From Patellaria atrata CBS 101060 (Eukaryota), in the NCBI GenBank assembly GCA_010093705.1, contig MU006091.1:1426001-1490000 (forward strand): 64,000 nucleotides of DNA, in the 5' to 3' direction. Made by a program: the position numbers and the translations under genes. The number at the start of each line of letters is the position of its first letter. The stretch's first letter is position 1. Shown one piece after another: positions 1 through 12,074 of this stretch. A model generated the notes under the pieces. The model worked only from the letters and a program-made list of their open reading frames with translations. It did not search any database and was not told where the DNA came from.

Positions 1-924
1 GGAGTCGGAGAAATTTCAAACTTCTGTCTCAACGTTAAGGAATTCCTTGTGGTGGGGCTGGTGCTGATGCCTATCGATAAAAGATAGAAACGCACAGGCC
101 ACGAATAAAAATGAAGATGTCTGAAAGAACAGAATTGAGGGGGAGAGGAAGGAAGTATAAAGGAATATACTTGAAAAGATACAAACAGATTTTTGGTGTC
201 TTTCACAGTGGAAACACTCTGAAGGTATTTTGCGAGAGGTTTGACAATCCTTTTGTTTTTTTTTTTTTTGTTTTCTGGACTTGCCCACCGCCCAATTTTC
301 GGCAAACTCGGACCTTAATAGTGACGCAAACAGACCAATCACAATTATTCTATTGTCCATGTCTATCATATTCTGATAATTCTGTATACCTCTCCCTAAT
401 CGAAACCTTTCCGTCATCCCATACCTCTTATTTCCAACAATTGCCAGCAGTCGACGATATACGCACTCTGAACCTTGTATGGAGCCATCTATACCACTCC
501 ACCATCCCCGGTACACTCAGTCTAGCGAGTTCGGAATGCTCAGCAATCACAAGTCAGAGATGAAGTATCTGTGCAAAATAATCACCAAATACCCAATTTA
601 ATATACAGATGCGCATGATATTTTAGCTCGGCTATCTATTCTATTCCACAAGACAGTCCAGCCCAGATTTTGCCCAAAAGTTCCAAAGTAATCGTACAGT
701 GCATCTAAAGGGGGAGGGATATATGAGGAAGTGAAACCACCATGATGACCTTTTGATCAACCTTTCTCCACCGATATGAGAAATTATTCCAGATCCAGAT
801 GCTGATGCAAAGACCCCAAGAATAAATGATGATATCCAGGTCCAAACCAGCCAATAATGCCCGTGTCAATCTCAGGCAAAAACCCTATCAATCCCCAGCC
901 ACCATTTTCAAACCATTCACCCAC

Positions 925-3795
925 CTAATCCAACAAACTGGCTCCGAGACCGCTGGTGTCAATCTCATCCATCGGCTCCGCCGTCCCATTATTCTCGTCT
1001 CCATTTTCAATATCCACAAGAATACCCTGCAACTTTGCCTTCCTCGCCGCAATCTTCTCCATGACGGCGCTCTCCCCAACAATTGTTTCCTCAACGGCGG
1101 CCTTACGGGCAAAAGCCGTCTTCCACTTCTCTCCCCAAACCCTGATCAACATGCCATCTTCCTGGCTCAAATCTCCGCTCGCAATCGCCTCCATCGCACC
1201 GTCATTAACGCCTTGGGCAACTCCGTTCATCGCGTCATCGATGACAGAAAAGAGTTCCCGCTGGGCGTCGCGCTCGCGAACCAAGGTTTCCTCGAGCATT
1301 TGCATCTGATCATGCGGGAGGTCGTTTTCCAGTCTGGCAGCGACGATCTGGCGAACGCGGTTCGTGACTTTGCGCACCGTGCCGCCAACCATGTCATAGA
1401 GCCAGTTTTCGGCGAGGATAGAGCCCGTACCGAGACGGTCACCGACCGCCCACTGAATGATGCTCATTGGCGTAAGGATCGTGTAATTAAGAAGCTTATC
1501 AACAAGGTTAACCGCAGTGCCAGGGTGATCTGTCCAGTAATCGACCACAGAACCAATTATTTGGCGACGTGCGGCTTCGGATGACGGGCCTATGGCTAGG
1601 AGGCGATCTTTGCTACGGTCAATGTTAGAAAGGACATGAGAGAGCGACTTGGAACCAATGAAGCACAAGCAGGTAATGTAAGCATCGGTAGAAGGAATGA
1701 GAACATCGGTGACGCCATGCTCAGCTGCTTGAGTCTGGATGGAGGCGATAACCTCTTGGATTTCTTCATCGGTTGCCTTCTTACGGAGAAGGCTTAGAAG
1801 TTGACGACCCTCGGTGGCATAAGGTGTGGCTATACCATTATTAGCTTGATATTGCGGAAAGGGTTACTAAAGTTTTCAAACAACTTACCATCATCGGCGT
1901 ATTTAAAGTCTGGCGTGTCCTTCTCCTTACTCACAGAGATGAGGTGATGATATTCCGGGGGAAGAGTTTCGCGGATACGCTTTGCAAAACTCAATCGAAT
2001 CTCCTTATCTAAAGATCCCATAATGTACACCTTCTTGGGATGAAGATTGGAGCGCAAGATATCCTCGGACCACTCGGACCACTTCCACCTAAATTCAAAA
2101 TTACTCAAATGATGAGCAAACCAATCCATGAACCTATTGATCAACTCGATATCCATGGTTTCCAAATGACGAAAGATAAAACGAATTGCGCGCCCCAAGC
2201 TAGGAGCAATAGCAGCAGGTGCAAGCTTGCAGGCCTCCGTGATAAGAGAATGATAATAAACAAGCTTATGCTCTGCTGTAGGAAGGCGGAACAGTTGTGA
2301 AAACACGGCATCGAGGGCAAGATCCTCAGGTTTCCAGGTAGACCCGGTTCCTGCAATTTCCTTTACCTTGTCGAACTGTGTCGCACGTTTGACGAAGGTA
2401 TCAGGAGTCCAGTAATTGTCTAACTCGATTAGAAACTTAGCCGCAGCAACACGGTTGAAGTCTAGAACGTTGATGGTATCGACCAAAACGTCACGCAGAA
2501 GGCAAGAAGCGATGTCGGATGTAGGTGGGACAGTCTGAATAGATTAGTAATCCATACCCACAAAAAACATGAGGTTATAATCTTACTTCGATGTCCTGCT
2601 TTGTGTATAGTGAGAAGTATGCCGCGGGAAATATCGGCTCATCGCCCTGGGATAACGATGCTGGAACTGTGATGGTCGGAAAAGCATGCTTCTGGGGTGC
2701 AGTTGAAGTTGAACTTGAAGCCTCAGCGTCGGGTGTAGTAGCCCAGTATACCCGGGGGATGACGGCTAGCTCCCAACCCTTTGAAGCTTCCGCTTGCAAC
2801 TGTGCCTGTAATAGACCGAGCATGCTCTGATACTCAAAAGGCTTCTCTCCTGTGCTGCCAGGATACGGATTGACTAACGCCTCCACGTCGTGTCCAGCAG
2901 ATGCGACGATATCCGTCTTCTCGAGCAGTTCAGCCGCCTTCGCCGCCAGGTCGGTACCTGGTTGCGCAAGGACGTAAGGAATTGTCAAGAGTATAATCTT
3001 GACCAATTCGAGACCTAGAGTCTACATTGAGGACATCAGTCTCAGAACGTGCTGCAGAAGGTATAGGGGGATGAGCTCACATCGTCCGAAGACGCAGTTT
3101 GCAAATCTACCGCACGATTGAAGAGCTCATCAAGAACCGAGAAGACTCCTTCGCCCTCAAAGAAAGGTTGTAGGCAGGCAAGGAACCTCAAATGGAGTTT
3201 ACAATCCCTCCAAGCGCCCTTTTCGAGAGCAGTTGTGAAGTTGACAGCTGCACGTGTGATGAATTGCGCAGCTACCTCTCCCTTCCTCTCGTTAATGTGG
3301 AGCACGATAGAAGCGAGGAAAGGGATTTTAAAAGGCTGCTCGATAATACTATAGCACAGTTAGCCTCCGTTGTTCCACAAACACATGTCAGACTTACAGC
3401 TGGTAGATCACATCGAAGGCAGTTTGCTTGAACTGCTCGCTATCATTGAAGTGATAGGAGATAAACCCAGCAACTTCTTTTGCTTCTTCCTTAGAATCCT
3501 TGAGCGCCTGGCGCATCATAATTCCATCAGCGCCATAATCTAATAAGGTGACCTCCGGTCTACGTACACTTTGAGCGAAGATCAAAAGCTGCTTTCGCAG
3601 TCGCATATGTTGCTGGTCCTCAACTCTACGACGAATCTGAGATGGTCGATCATCAGAATCATCCTCTGTACTGAAGTTAGCTTCAAGTCAATCAATAAAT
3701 CTAGATATGACCATAATCTTACCTCGTTGTCTGCGTTTACGATTGTTGTAGTGTCCCCTGTTTCGGCCATTGGCCCTCGAATCGACATCAGCCAT
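925..3795 (-). CDS. STO1: Nuclear cap-binding complex large subunit (CBP80/Sto1, MIF4G-like), 6 exons
   Basis: Exons ~3795-3723, 3665-3398, 3348-3081, 3021-2587, 2534-1889, 1829-925 join in frame across GT..AG introns. Starts MADVDSR..NRKRRQR (NLS-like) and contains RFMDWFAHHLSNFEFRWKWSEW and KEIRLSFAKRIRETLP, characteristic of CBP80. Confidence 0.93.
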
Positions 3796-4723
3796 ACCGT
3801 AATCACGGTCGAGCATCAATCTTTCGTTCTGGCTTGGTCTGTAATAGTCCGAACGACTTCGACGACTATCCTTTGCGTGAGACTGGTAAGGTCTTTCGCG
3901 AGATGCTGGGTGGGGAGATCTGTCAGAGTTGTCCTGGTTTGAAGCTCCTGAGGCTCTTGGAGGTCGCGAATCGCGCATGACTCGGGGCCCCGTTGGGGGC
4001 TCCCTATCGGGTGGTGCAGGGGGCCTATCGGGCTTGGCATGTATTGATGAGGTAAGTGAGAATGAGGACAGGATAAGGCTTAGCGCCCCTGCTTCTGGAT
4101 CTTCGACACCATGGTGAACAACATCTTCCATTTCTTCCGAAGACATCATGGTAGACGGTAGCTTGTAAGTGGAGTCGCGGCTTGATTGCCAAAGGCTAGA
4201 TCCGTTGATTTGCGGTTGTCACTAGGGATCTGAAGCAATATCTACTGTTAAACCACCACCTGAAGCTATGACAGGATGAATTGGCAGTGGATTCGCAATA
4301 CCTGACTATATAAGACGGTTGATGTATGTGATTGATGTCTTGTTCGGCTTTTCTGACGGTGTAGAGTCGTCTCCGAGGTCTTGCGGGCACGATCCACCTT
4401 GCGGTGCACGATCGGGGGAACAAGGCAATAGATAATGATCTCGTAAAGAGCAGAAGAAGAGTTGCTTGCACCACAGTGAGGGTAACAGACAAAAGAAGCA
4501 GTTGCTACCTCGGATTGCTTGCACGGGCTTCCTAGACTGCGTAGAGTCGTCTCGGATGCCTTGCGGGCTTGATCCGCCTCACAACGGAGCTGTCATGGCA
4601 GTAGAGCGATCAATTGACACCTCGCAAGTTCCACGAGAAGAGTCTCTTGATGCCTGTGCAACTGTAATGGATAATGAAAGCTGTTGGAGAAGGATAGAGA
4701 AGTGGTGGTGAGGGTAGAAGCAA

Positions 4724-4751
<28 letters not shown>
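4724..4751. repeat. (TG)n microsatellite followed by a G-rich tract to ~4798
   Basis: Directly visible TG dinucleotide run, then GGGGGA-type runs. Confidence 0.95.
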
Positions 4752-4755
<4 letters not shown>

Positions 4756-6206
4756 GGAAGGGGGGAGGGGGGGAGGGGGGAGGGGGAGGGGGAGGGAAGT
4801 TTAAATGTTCCTCAGGGGCCGTTTCTGCCAACGAACGGAGCGGTATAAACGCATCACAAGGGACAAACGACATCATCTGCAGTTCCTCACAGCACCCTCA
4901 CCCGGCAGTTGAATGTGCATTATGGATAGATACATCATCCATAACTGATCCTACCCTAATTCATCCAGTAAACAAGACCAATATGGGACTGTAGGGCCAC
5001 GTCACAAAGGTACCCGGGTAACCATCGCATTTGCATCGAAATAAATGGTGAAATATTCTTCAAAATTGAGATCCGATTCCGCAGTACGTTGGAGAACCAG
5101 AAGACAAAGAACGGACTTCAAGCTGTACCGGCTCCTAAAATCGGACCGGTCAGGAGGGCATCGATCCTGCTGACTTGAGGGCTCCCCCAATGACGGTAGA
5201 AGGACTGCACCGCACCCAAGAAGCCTCAACCACATCAAGGAAACAGGAATAATCAAGAAGACTGGTATGCACAAAGGACTATTTGAAAGGACATGAAAAG
5301 TAAGTGAAACAAGGAGAACCGGTACTGAAAGGTCAAAAACTTGAAAAATAGACCGAAAAATATGACTGACAAAAGATAGTAAATCCCGTAATACCTATTA
5401 AGCCCAGTTAGCAATGGCAAAACCCAAAATCACTCACTCAACCCCTCAATTTGGAACCATTTTTTGCATGCAAAAGGGGCTCTATTCTCGTAAGAAGTCT
5501 TAGAGCAAATATAAAAGGGGAAAAAGAAGAAGAAAAAGGCCCATCCACTCGCTGTCAATCAGGTTATGAGCAGCAGCCTCAAAAATCCACCCATTTCCCG
5601 TGCAAGATGATTGAAGAAAAGAGATCTATCGTTGACTGATCAACCCCCTTTTGACCCCAAAGATATGAAGAAGAAAACAAGGGATTGGGCAACCGGCAGA
5701 AAAGCAGCAATCAAAAGCAATCCCTATAATGAGGCCCTGCAAGCAGGCAGCCTGAGAAAAAGTCAAAGCATAATAGTAGAACACCCGCAAAAAAGCATGC
5801 ATCTTCAGCAGAAAACTGGCCCACCCCTATTCCATCGCCGGATATCTCTTGACCCATTTTTCAGCCTCCCAAGCATGGTGATTTGGGAAGTCTGTAAGTG
5901 AAGAAAACAGAAAGGGAAGAGCAAGAAAAAAAAAAACAAGGTCCACATCTACCACATATCATCGGATAGAGCTGGGTGGGCTATGAATCAGAGTGGAGAT
6001 GCCACTCAAGCAAACAAACATATGCCGCTGAATTCATTCCAGGAAAAGGGATTCCTCATAAAAGGGGCATTTTACACATGAATAAGCCCGGAAACCAAAC
6101 CCTGGAGAGGTGGAAAGTCGTAATGCCACATTTTCATCATAGCAAAAAAGCCCGTTGGACACATCGAGCCCAGTATAAAGAAGTCGTAAAGGGTCCTGCT
6201 AGCTCC

Positions 6207-7815
6207 TTAATCAAGTTTGGCCAGCATTGCTTCCTTGGAGAGAGGCTTCAGATTGTTTATATCAAGGCCTTTGCTCGCTAGAATTGGACGCATATGAGGT
6301 GGAACCAGCTGGTGATTGAGATGAGGCGCAATCGAGAGCTCTACACATGGGATTAGAGAATTTAACAGGGTTGAAAGGGAAANNNNNNNNNNNNNNNNNN
6401 NNNNNNNNNNNNNNNNNNNNNNNNNNNNNNNNNNNNNNNNNNNNNNNNNNNNNNNNNNNNNNNNNNNNNNNNNNNNNNNNNNAGATTACATACCGTGGTG
6501 ATTGAAATCAAAGAGATTCGGGAGGTCCTTGTTGGCCCCATTCGTATGGCGCGAATCTGGCAACTTGGTGGCCGGGTTGCGTATCTCGTCGAAGAAGGGA
6601 TGCACCATAGCATCAATGGCAGACAGGCGTTGCGTAGGCGTATATTCGAGCAGCTTGGATATGAGATCGATTGCGTTGGGATCGGCCCTACGGAACACCT
6701 TCGTGCGGAGCTTAGTAAACGGGATTCTGCTTGGAGCGCTCTCAAATACCTTATGGAATGGATGGGCTTTGATCTGCGGAAACTTGTGCTCCATATAGTT
6801 GGGGTTCATGGTACGAATCTGGTCGCGGGTCGGAGTACCAAGGACCTTGATAATCTCAACAAGCTGATCAATACCAGATTCGCCAGGGAAAAGTGGCTGT
6901 CCCAACATCAGTTCGGCCATGACACAGCCGGTTGACCAAACATCTGGAGGGGTAATGGTCAGTAAATACTCAGTACAAAGGGAAATCCTGCTTACCGATC
7001 TTGGTCGTGTAATTGGTGGCGCCAAAGATCAATTCAGGAGCGCGATAATACCGTGAGCAGATGTAGGAGACGTTAGGCTCATTCTCTACAAGGATCTTCG
7101 CACTGCCGAAATCGCACAGCTTCAGGACGCCAGTCGACGGGTCGAGGAGGAGATTCTGCGGCTTGATGTCACGATGGCAAATCCCCATAGAGTGAATGTA
7201 CGCCAGAGATCGAAAAAGCTGGTAAATGAACAGCTTCACCTCCAAAGCTGGCATGACCGTCTTCAGCTTGTTGAAGTACCTCGAGGCCCTGTACACGGTC
7301 TCAGGGACGTACTCCAACACCAGATTCAGGTACACTTCCTCCTTCTGACCTTCACTGTTAACATAGGTCAAATTTGTACAGGTCAGGGATGGTACTCACC
7401 CGGTCACCACTGTTGTAGAAGAAGGCCTTCAACTCAACAATGTTGGGATGCCTGACGATCCTCATGATCTGCAGTTCCCGGTTCTATTTCAGGTCAGCCT
7501 GTACTAGACTTCACAGGATGAAAGAAGGGACATACCTTGAAGCGTTTATCCTGCAAAACACGCTTGATAGCTGCATCCTCACCAGAAGGCTGCAACTTGG
7601 TCTGGAAGACGACGCCAAACGAGCCATTTCCGACGATCTTCATCTGCGTGTATGCCAGATCTCGGTACTCGCCCGTCACACCATCCTGCACCTTCTCGTG
7701 GATCACCTCTTCTTACCGGCGTTAGTATAGGTAGAATGACGGGAAGGGGCGTGACGTGGGGATGCTTACCGCCAATGCGTAGGCTGGAGAATGCAGAAGG
7801 TCTGTTAGAAGCCAT
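6207..7815 (-). CDS. GSK3: Glycogen synthase kinase-3 family protein kinase, 7 exons
   Basis: Exons ~7815-7770, 7708-7536, 7483-7400, 7344-6996, 6943-6750, 6698-6494, 6340-6207. Motifs [22 protein letters not shown] and [12 protein letters not shown] (GSK-3 activation loop). The last intron spans an N gap. Confidence 0.96.
6383..6482. other. Assembly gap (100 N) inside the last GSK-3 intron
   Basis: N run. Confidence 1.
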
Positions 7816-9983
7816 GACTTCGCGTGATAATAGAGGGTCGTGAATGGTATTAAGCGGATCCCTATCGTGGGCACGGCGGGTCAAGCGTTGATATTAGGTG
7901 GGAGGGTCGCGGAGCGTAGGCGAAGAGGTCCGGGATAGGTGACGAAGGTGGAGGACGGGGAAGGTAAATTCGGCGGAAGAGGATAGGCTAGGATAGAGAA
8001 TACCGGCGATAAATAAAGTCTACCTACGATAAAAGATAGAAGGCCGCCGACACGGTTCGTGAGTAAGGTAAAAGGTAAGGGTAGAATAGAGTTTTAAGTA
8101 TAAAGGTAGGTTAAGCGATGAGAGGCAGCCAACTCAAAAGGCTCAGGTTATGAAACTCGACGGTTCAAGCTTTAGATAGCGGGCGGCAACAGGGCACGCT
8201 GCAGTAGCTAGCTGAGGGGTGACAGTGAAGGTTGATCGAGTTAAGTAAGAGCTGATGAGGTGGAAGAAAGAGAGATTGGAAGAGGAAGTGGTTGAAGAGA
8301 TGAAGAGTTGAAGAAGTTGAGAGTTTGAAGTTGAAGTTGAAGAAGGTGCAGCAAGCAGTGGCAGAACGCAATGGGCGAACGTCTGATGATCCAATGTCTA
8401 CTCCCCCACCTGACCTGCTAACCACGACTTAGCGACTGACCCTCCGCAACTGGGAACAAACGGGACCCACTGTTTGACTGTTTTTCCTAGTCCTCACTTT
8501 GACTTCATGAACGCTGATGCACTTGATCTGTCAAAGAGAGGAGTTGGGATCTCAGACTTCAGAGTATCACGTCGTCGCGATTAACAGGAGAGTGAGTAGT
8601 ATGTAGTCAAGTATGGTAGATAAGTCGAGGACGAGTATAGGAGGACGATTGTAAGCTTGCTTGGGGTGGTGGAATGAAGTTTGAGTGAACCTATCAGAGA
8701 CTGATTGATTTCAGAAGAGATATGAGTTCGAGATGATTCCTGAGTGATGACTGAGGAAGAGTTGTTGTATAAAGGAGTCACGATCTCTATTGCACGAAGC
8801 ATCTGCACCTTTCGTCTGTCTACCCCTCCCCGTCTCCTCGAATGGCTGCTATCTGACTGATTCCCCTAGAATGATGGTACTTGTTACTCCTTGAGAGTCC
8901 CTATCTTAGTCGATCTCCTTTCGACTACTCTCATAGAACTACCTTACCTCACACAACACGCAACAGAGATTTTGGGGCCAGGGCTGGGCAGCATGGCATG
9001 GCATGGATAGGAATATTTGCTTCAGGTTTTACGCACGTGAGATGCAGCCCAGGGTGAGGGAGCAGTGACGATGTTGTTGATTTGCTGCTGTTACCCAACT
9101 CTTATGAGGCTTGATCAATCCACAAGCCAACCGCAGGCGCTTTGGTAAGTGTGCAGCACTAGGTAGATTAGATTCTGGTAGAGTGAACACAGGCGAGGAA
9201 CTGGTCTAAGGTACCGCCAGGAACTGCTGAAGAAACATTTTCCATCATCTAGAACTATGCCTTTCACTGGCTTTTGTGACGATTGTAGTCTTAGTTTCTT
9301 GAAGTACTGTACAGTACAGTACAGGGCACCGACCGATCATCTACTTTCTTACTCTTACGGTGGTAAAAATCTTTCTAGCTGCACACGACGACGAAAGGCT
9401 GAGACTTTGTCCCTCAAGCAACCCCCTTCTGCAGATCAATCGTCTAAAAAAGCTACCTGTTCACGACAATCCGCACGGAAATCCGTTGTCCTTCCGCTTC
9501 AGCCGTTGTCCTGCCAATTGCTCCAAATATTAAACTTTTCACGGGGTCATGTACGTATGTAATAATAGTTTCAGTCACCCTTTCGCCTCTCCTTCATCGC
9601 CAAAGTTGACCCTCCCTCTGACCATCTTGCGGTGTGCTTTGTGGTCAAAAGACGATAGAAATGACTGCTCTGTACAGAAGGCGTGCCTATGACGCTGTAG
9701 AACTGTTCAGCGCATATTTCTGCCGGTTCACAGTCACAGCCCAGAGCCGTTCGAGCTGCTGGTCAACGGTAACTATAGGTTGATATCCAACGGTACGAAA
9801 ATTTACTCGATTCGATATTTGCAGCATCGGTAGGCCATGTGGAGTCTCAAAATGTGCGATTCTCATTTGCTGCAACGGATCACGAGACGACCAAATCCTG
9901 GGACCTCTGATGCTAACTTGAAATGCTTCTAACGCCACTTGTCAGAGGGCAGAAGGGGGGAAAAAAAAAGGGGGGGGAAAGGG

Positions 9984-10583
9984 NNNNNNNNNNNNNNNNN
10001 NNNNNNNNNNNNNNNNNNNNNNNNNNNNNNNNNNNNNNNNNNNNNNNNNNNNNNNNNNNNNNNNNNNNNNNNNNNNNNNNNNNNNNNNNNNNNNNNNNNN
10101 NNNNNNNNNNNNNNNNNNNNNNNNNNNNNNNNNNNNNNNNNNNNNNNNNNNNNNNNNNNNNNNNNNNNNNNNNNNNNNNNNNNNNNNNNNNNNNNNNNNN
10201 NNNNNNNNNNNNNNNNNNNNNNNNNNNNNNNNNNNNNNNNNNNNNNNNNNNNNNNNNNNNNNNNNNNNNNNNNNNNNNNNNNNNNNNNNNNNNNNNNNNN
10301 NNNNNNNNNNNNNNNNNNNNNNNNNNNNNNNNNNNNNNNNNNNNNNNNNNNNNNNNNNNNNNNNNNNNNNNNNNNNNNNNNNNNNNNNNNNNNNNNNNNN
10401 NNNNNNNNNNNNNNNNNNNNNNNNNNNNNNNNNNNNNNNNNNNNNNNNNNNNNNNNNNNNNNNNNNNNNNNNNNNNNNNNNNNNNNNNNNNNNNNNNNNN
10501 NNNNNNNNNNNNNNNNNNNNNNNNNNNNNNNNNNNNNNNNNNNNNNNNNNNNNNNNNNNNNNNNNNNNNNNNNNNNNNNNNNN
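9984..10583. other. Assembly gap (600 N) flanked by A/G homopolymers
   Basis: N run. Confidence 1.
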
Positions 10584-12074
10584 AAAAAAAGGAAAGTAAA
10601 AAAAAAAAAATCGTCCTTGCACTCAGGTGTATTCGAAAGTTCGTGGGACAGATCCGTCAAAAATACAAAACGCTCTACCAACTGGAAAGTTTATACAACG
10701 TGAACTCAAGGAATAAATTCAAGAACAATTTAGCCCAGTGTCATACCCCTTATCACCAAGTTTGTTTCCTCATAAGTTATAGATCATTTGAAGTTATACT
10801 GCAGTTGTTGAGAGAAGCTTAACTTGATAGGGATTTTTTAAGCTGTCTCACGAATTTCGAACATACCTGGTGCTGCACGCTACCTTTGTAGCAAATTCCT
10901 GCGTCTCGCAGGGAAATGTGCGACAGTGTTCCGAACGCTTGCTTGATTGAAGACTAAAGATAGAGATGAATCAAATGGAAGTTCCTTCGTAACGATCAAT
11001 GTTCGTATCACGGCTTTTTGTGACATGGTTTGATTTCTACCCATTGTTGCTGTCGCCTGGAATCTACTCCCATCAAGAGGTCTCGAATCATGGAACACCA
11101 TTAAGGCCAAACTTCCACAACATTCAAAAACCCCATCCGCTAAAATCGGTAGGTAGAGAGGAGTAATCTCAAACGTCCTAAACACACGCACACTTTTCAT
11201 CTTGAACTTTTTTTTATGTTGAGCCTTCCTTATTATCTATCTAAACGATTCCCCCCAATGGAGCTCCCACCTATCACCACTCAAACCCCTTCACCAGCCA
11301 TCTCCAACCCCGTTCCAAGTAGCAACACTACCTTAGACGCCATAAGGTCGTCAAATATGTCGTGTACAGCCGTAAATCAAGCAGTTATACAAAATAGAGA
11401 ACCTGAGAGGCTGAACCGGCTATCTGCAGACTCCTGAGTATGCACGAGTCAGACAGTCCCCAAACGCAAGGCAACCGTGCTATATTAGTTCCACAACAAT
11501 CCTCAACGGGTAGAATTGTATGTCGTGAGTATTAGTAGTAGAGCAGGTAGAATGGAATAATCGAGTGTCTATGTCTTGTTCTGCGACATGATTCCTGTGA
11601 GCAGGGAGACTCCAACAGAGTCTGACGTAGGTAGCCGTATTATACCAACAGCTCGAAATTTGTATCGCGAGTCCTTTACCTCCCAATGGGACGCAGAACG
11701 GAATAGTCAACTTTCACCGTCTTGTTTTGCAATTAATTCCCCCACTATGCAAAATCCCCAAACCCTCTGACGCAGGTAGCCGACTCGTATCACTACACTT
11801 CTTGATAGTCCACAGTTGTGACTTTATATCTTCGCCACATCGCTCCCGATAGGTGCGGAATGGATTTGTCCCTGATTAGACATTTCGCTTTTGCACGATC
11901 CGGTTACTCTTGAGCACGCAGGATGCAACGCAAGCAGCCGTGCTCTGATCCAACTCATTCTCGAAGCCGGGGATCGTATAGCTTAGTCATCAATATGTTC
12001 GTAAAAAATATCACGGATGTACTCGTCCCCACCGTCTCGCTTCAATAAGAGCATACGGAACCCAGCACAGCCGT

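Noticed and set aside
16..563. Overlapping 166-aa and 150-aa ORFs
   Set aside because: No recognisable motifs; they run through a T homopolymer and look like UTR/intergenic sequence.
741..807. Possible C/D snoRNA (ATGATGA..CTGA)
   Set aside because: Short, only a 2-bp terminal stem, no clear C'/D' boxes or rRNA-complementary guide; lies antisense in the CBP80 3' region.
826..1584. 252-aa + strand ORF
   Set aside because: Antisense shadow of the CBP80 last exon.
9923..10822. Long ORFs of 226-299 aa
   Set aside because: Artefacts of translating through the 600-N gap.
10880..11437. 106-aa and 73-aa ORFs
   Set aside because: No family motifs or convincing splice structure; cannot be supported as genes.
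11620..11870. Weak duplication (CTGACGYAGGTAGCCG twice)
   Set aside because: Only a ~16-nt core with poor flanking similarity; no interpretation can be supported.
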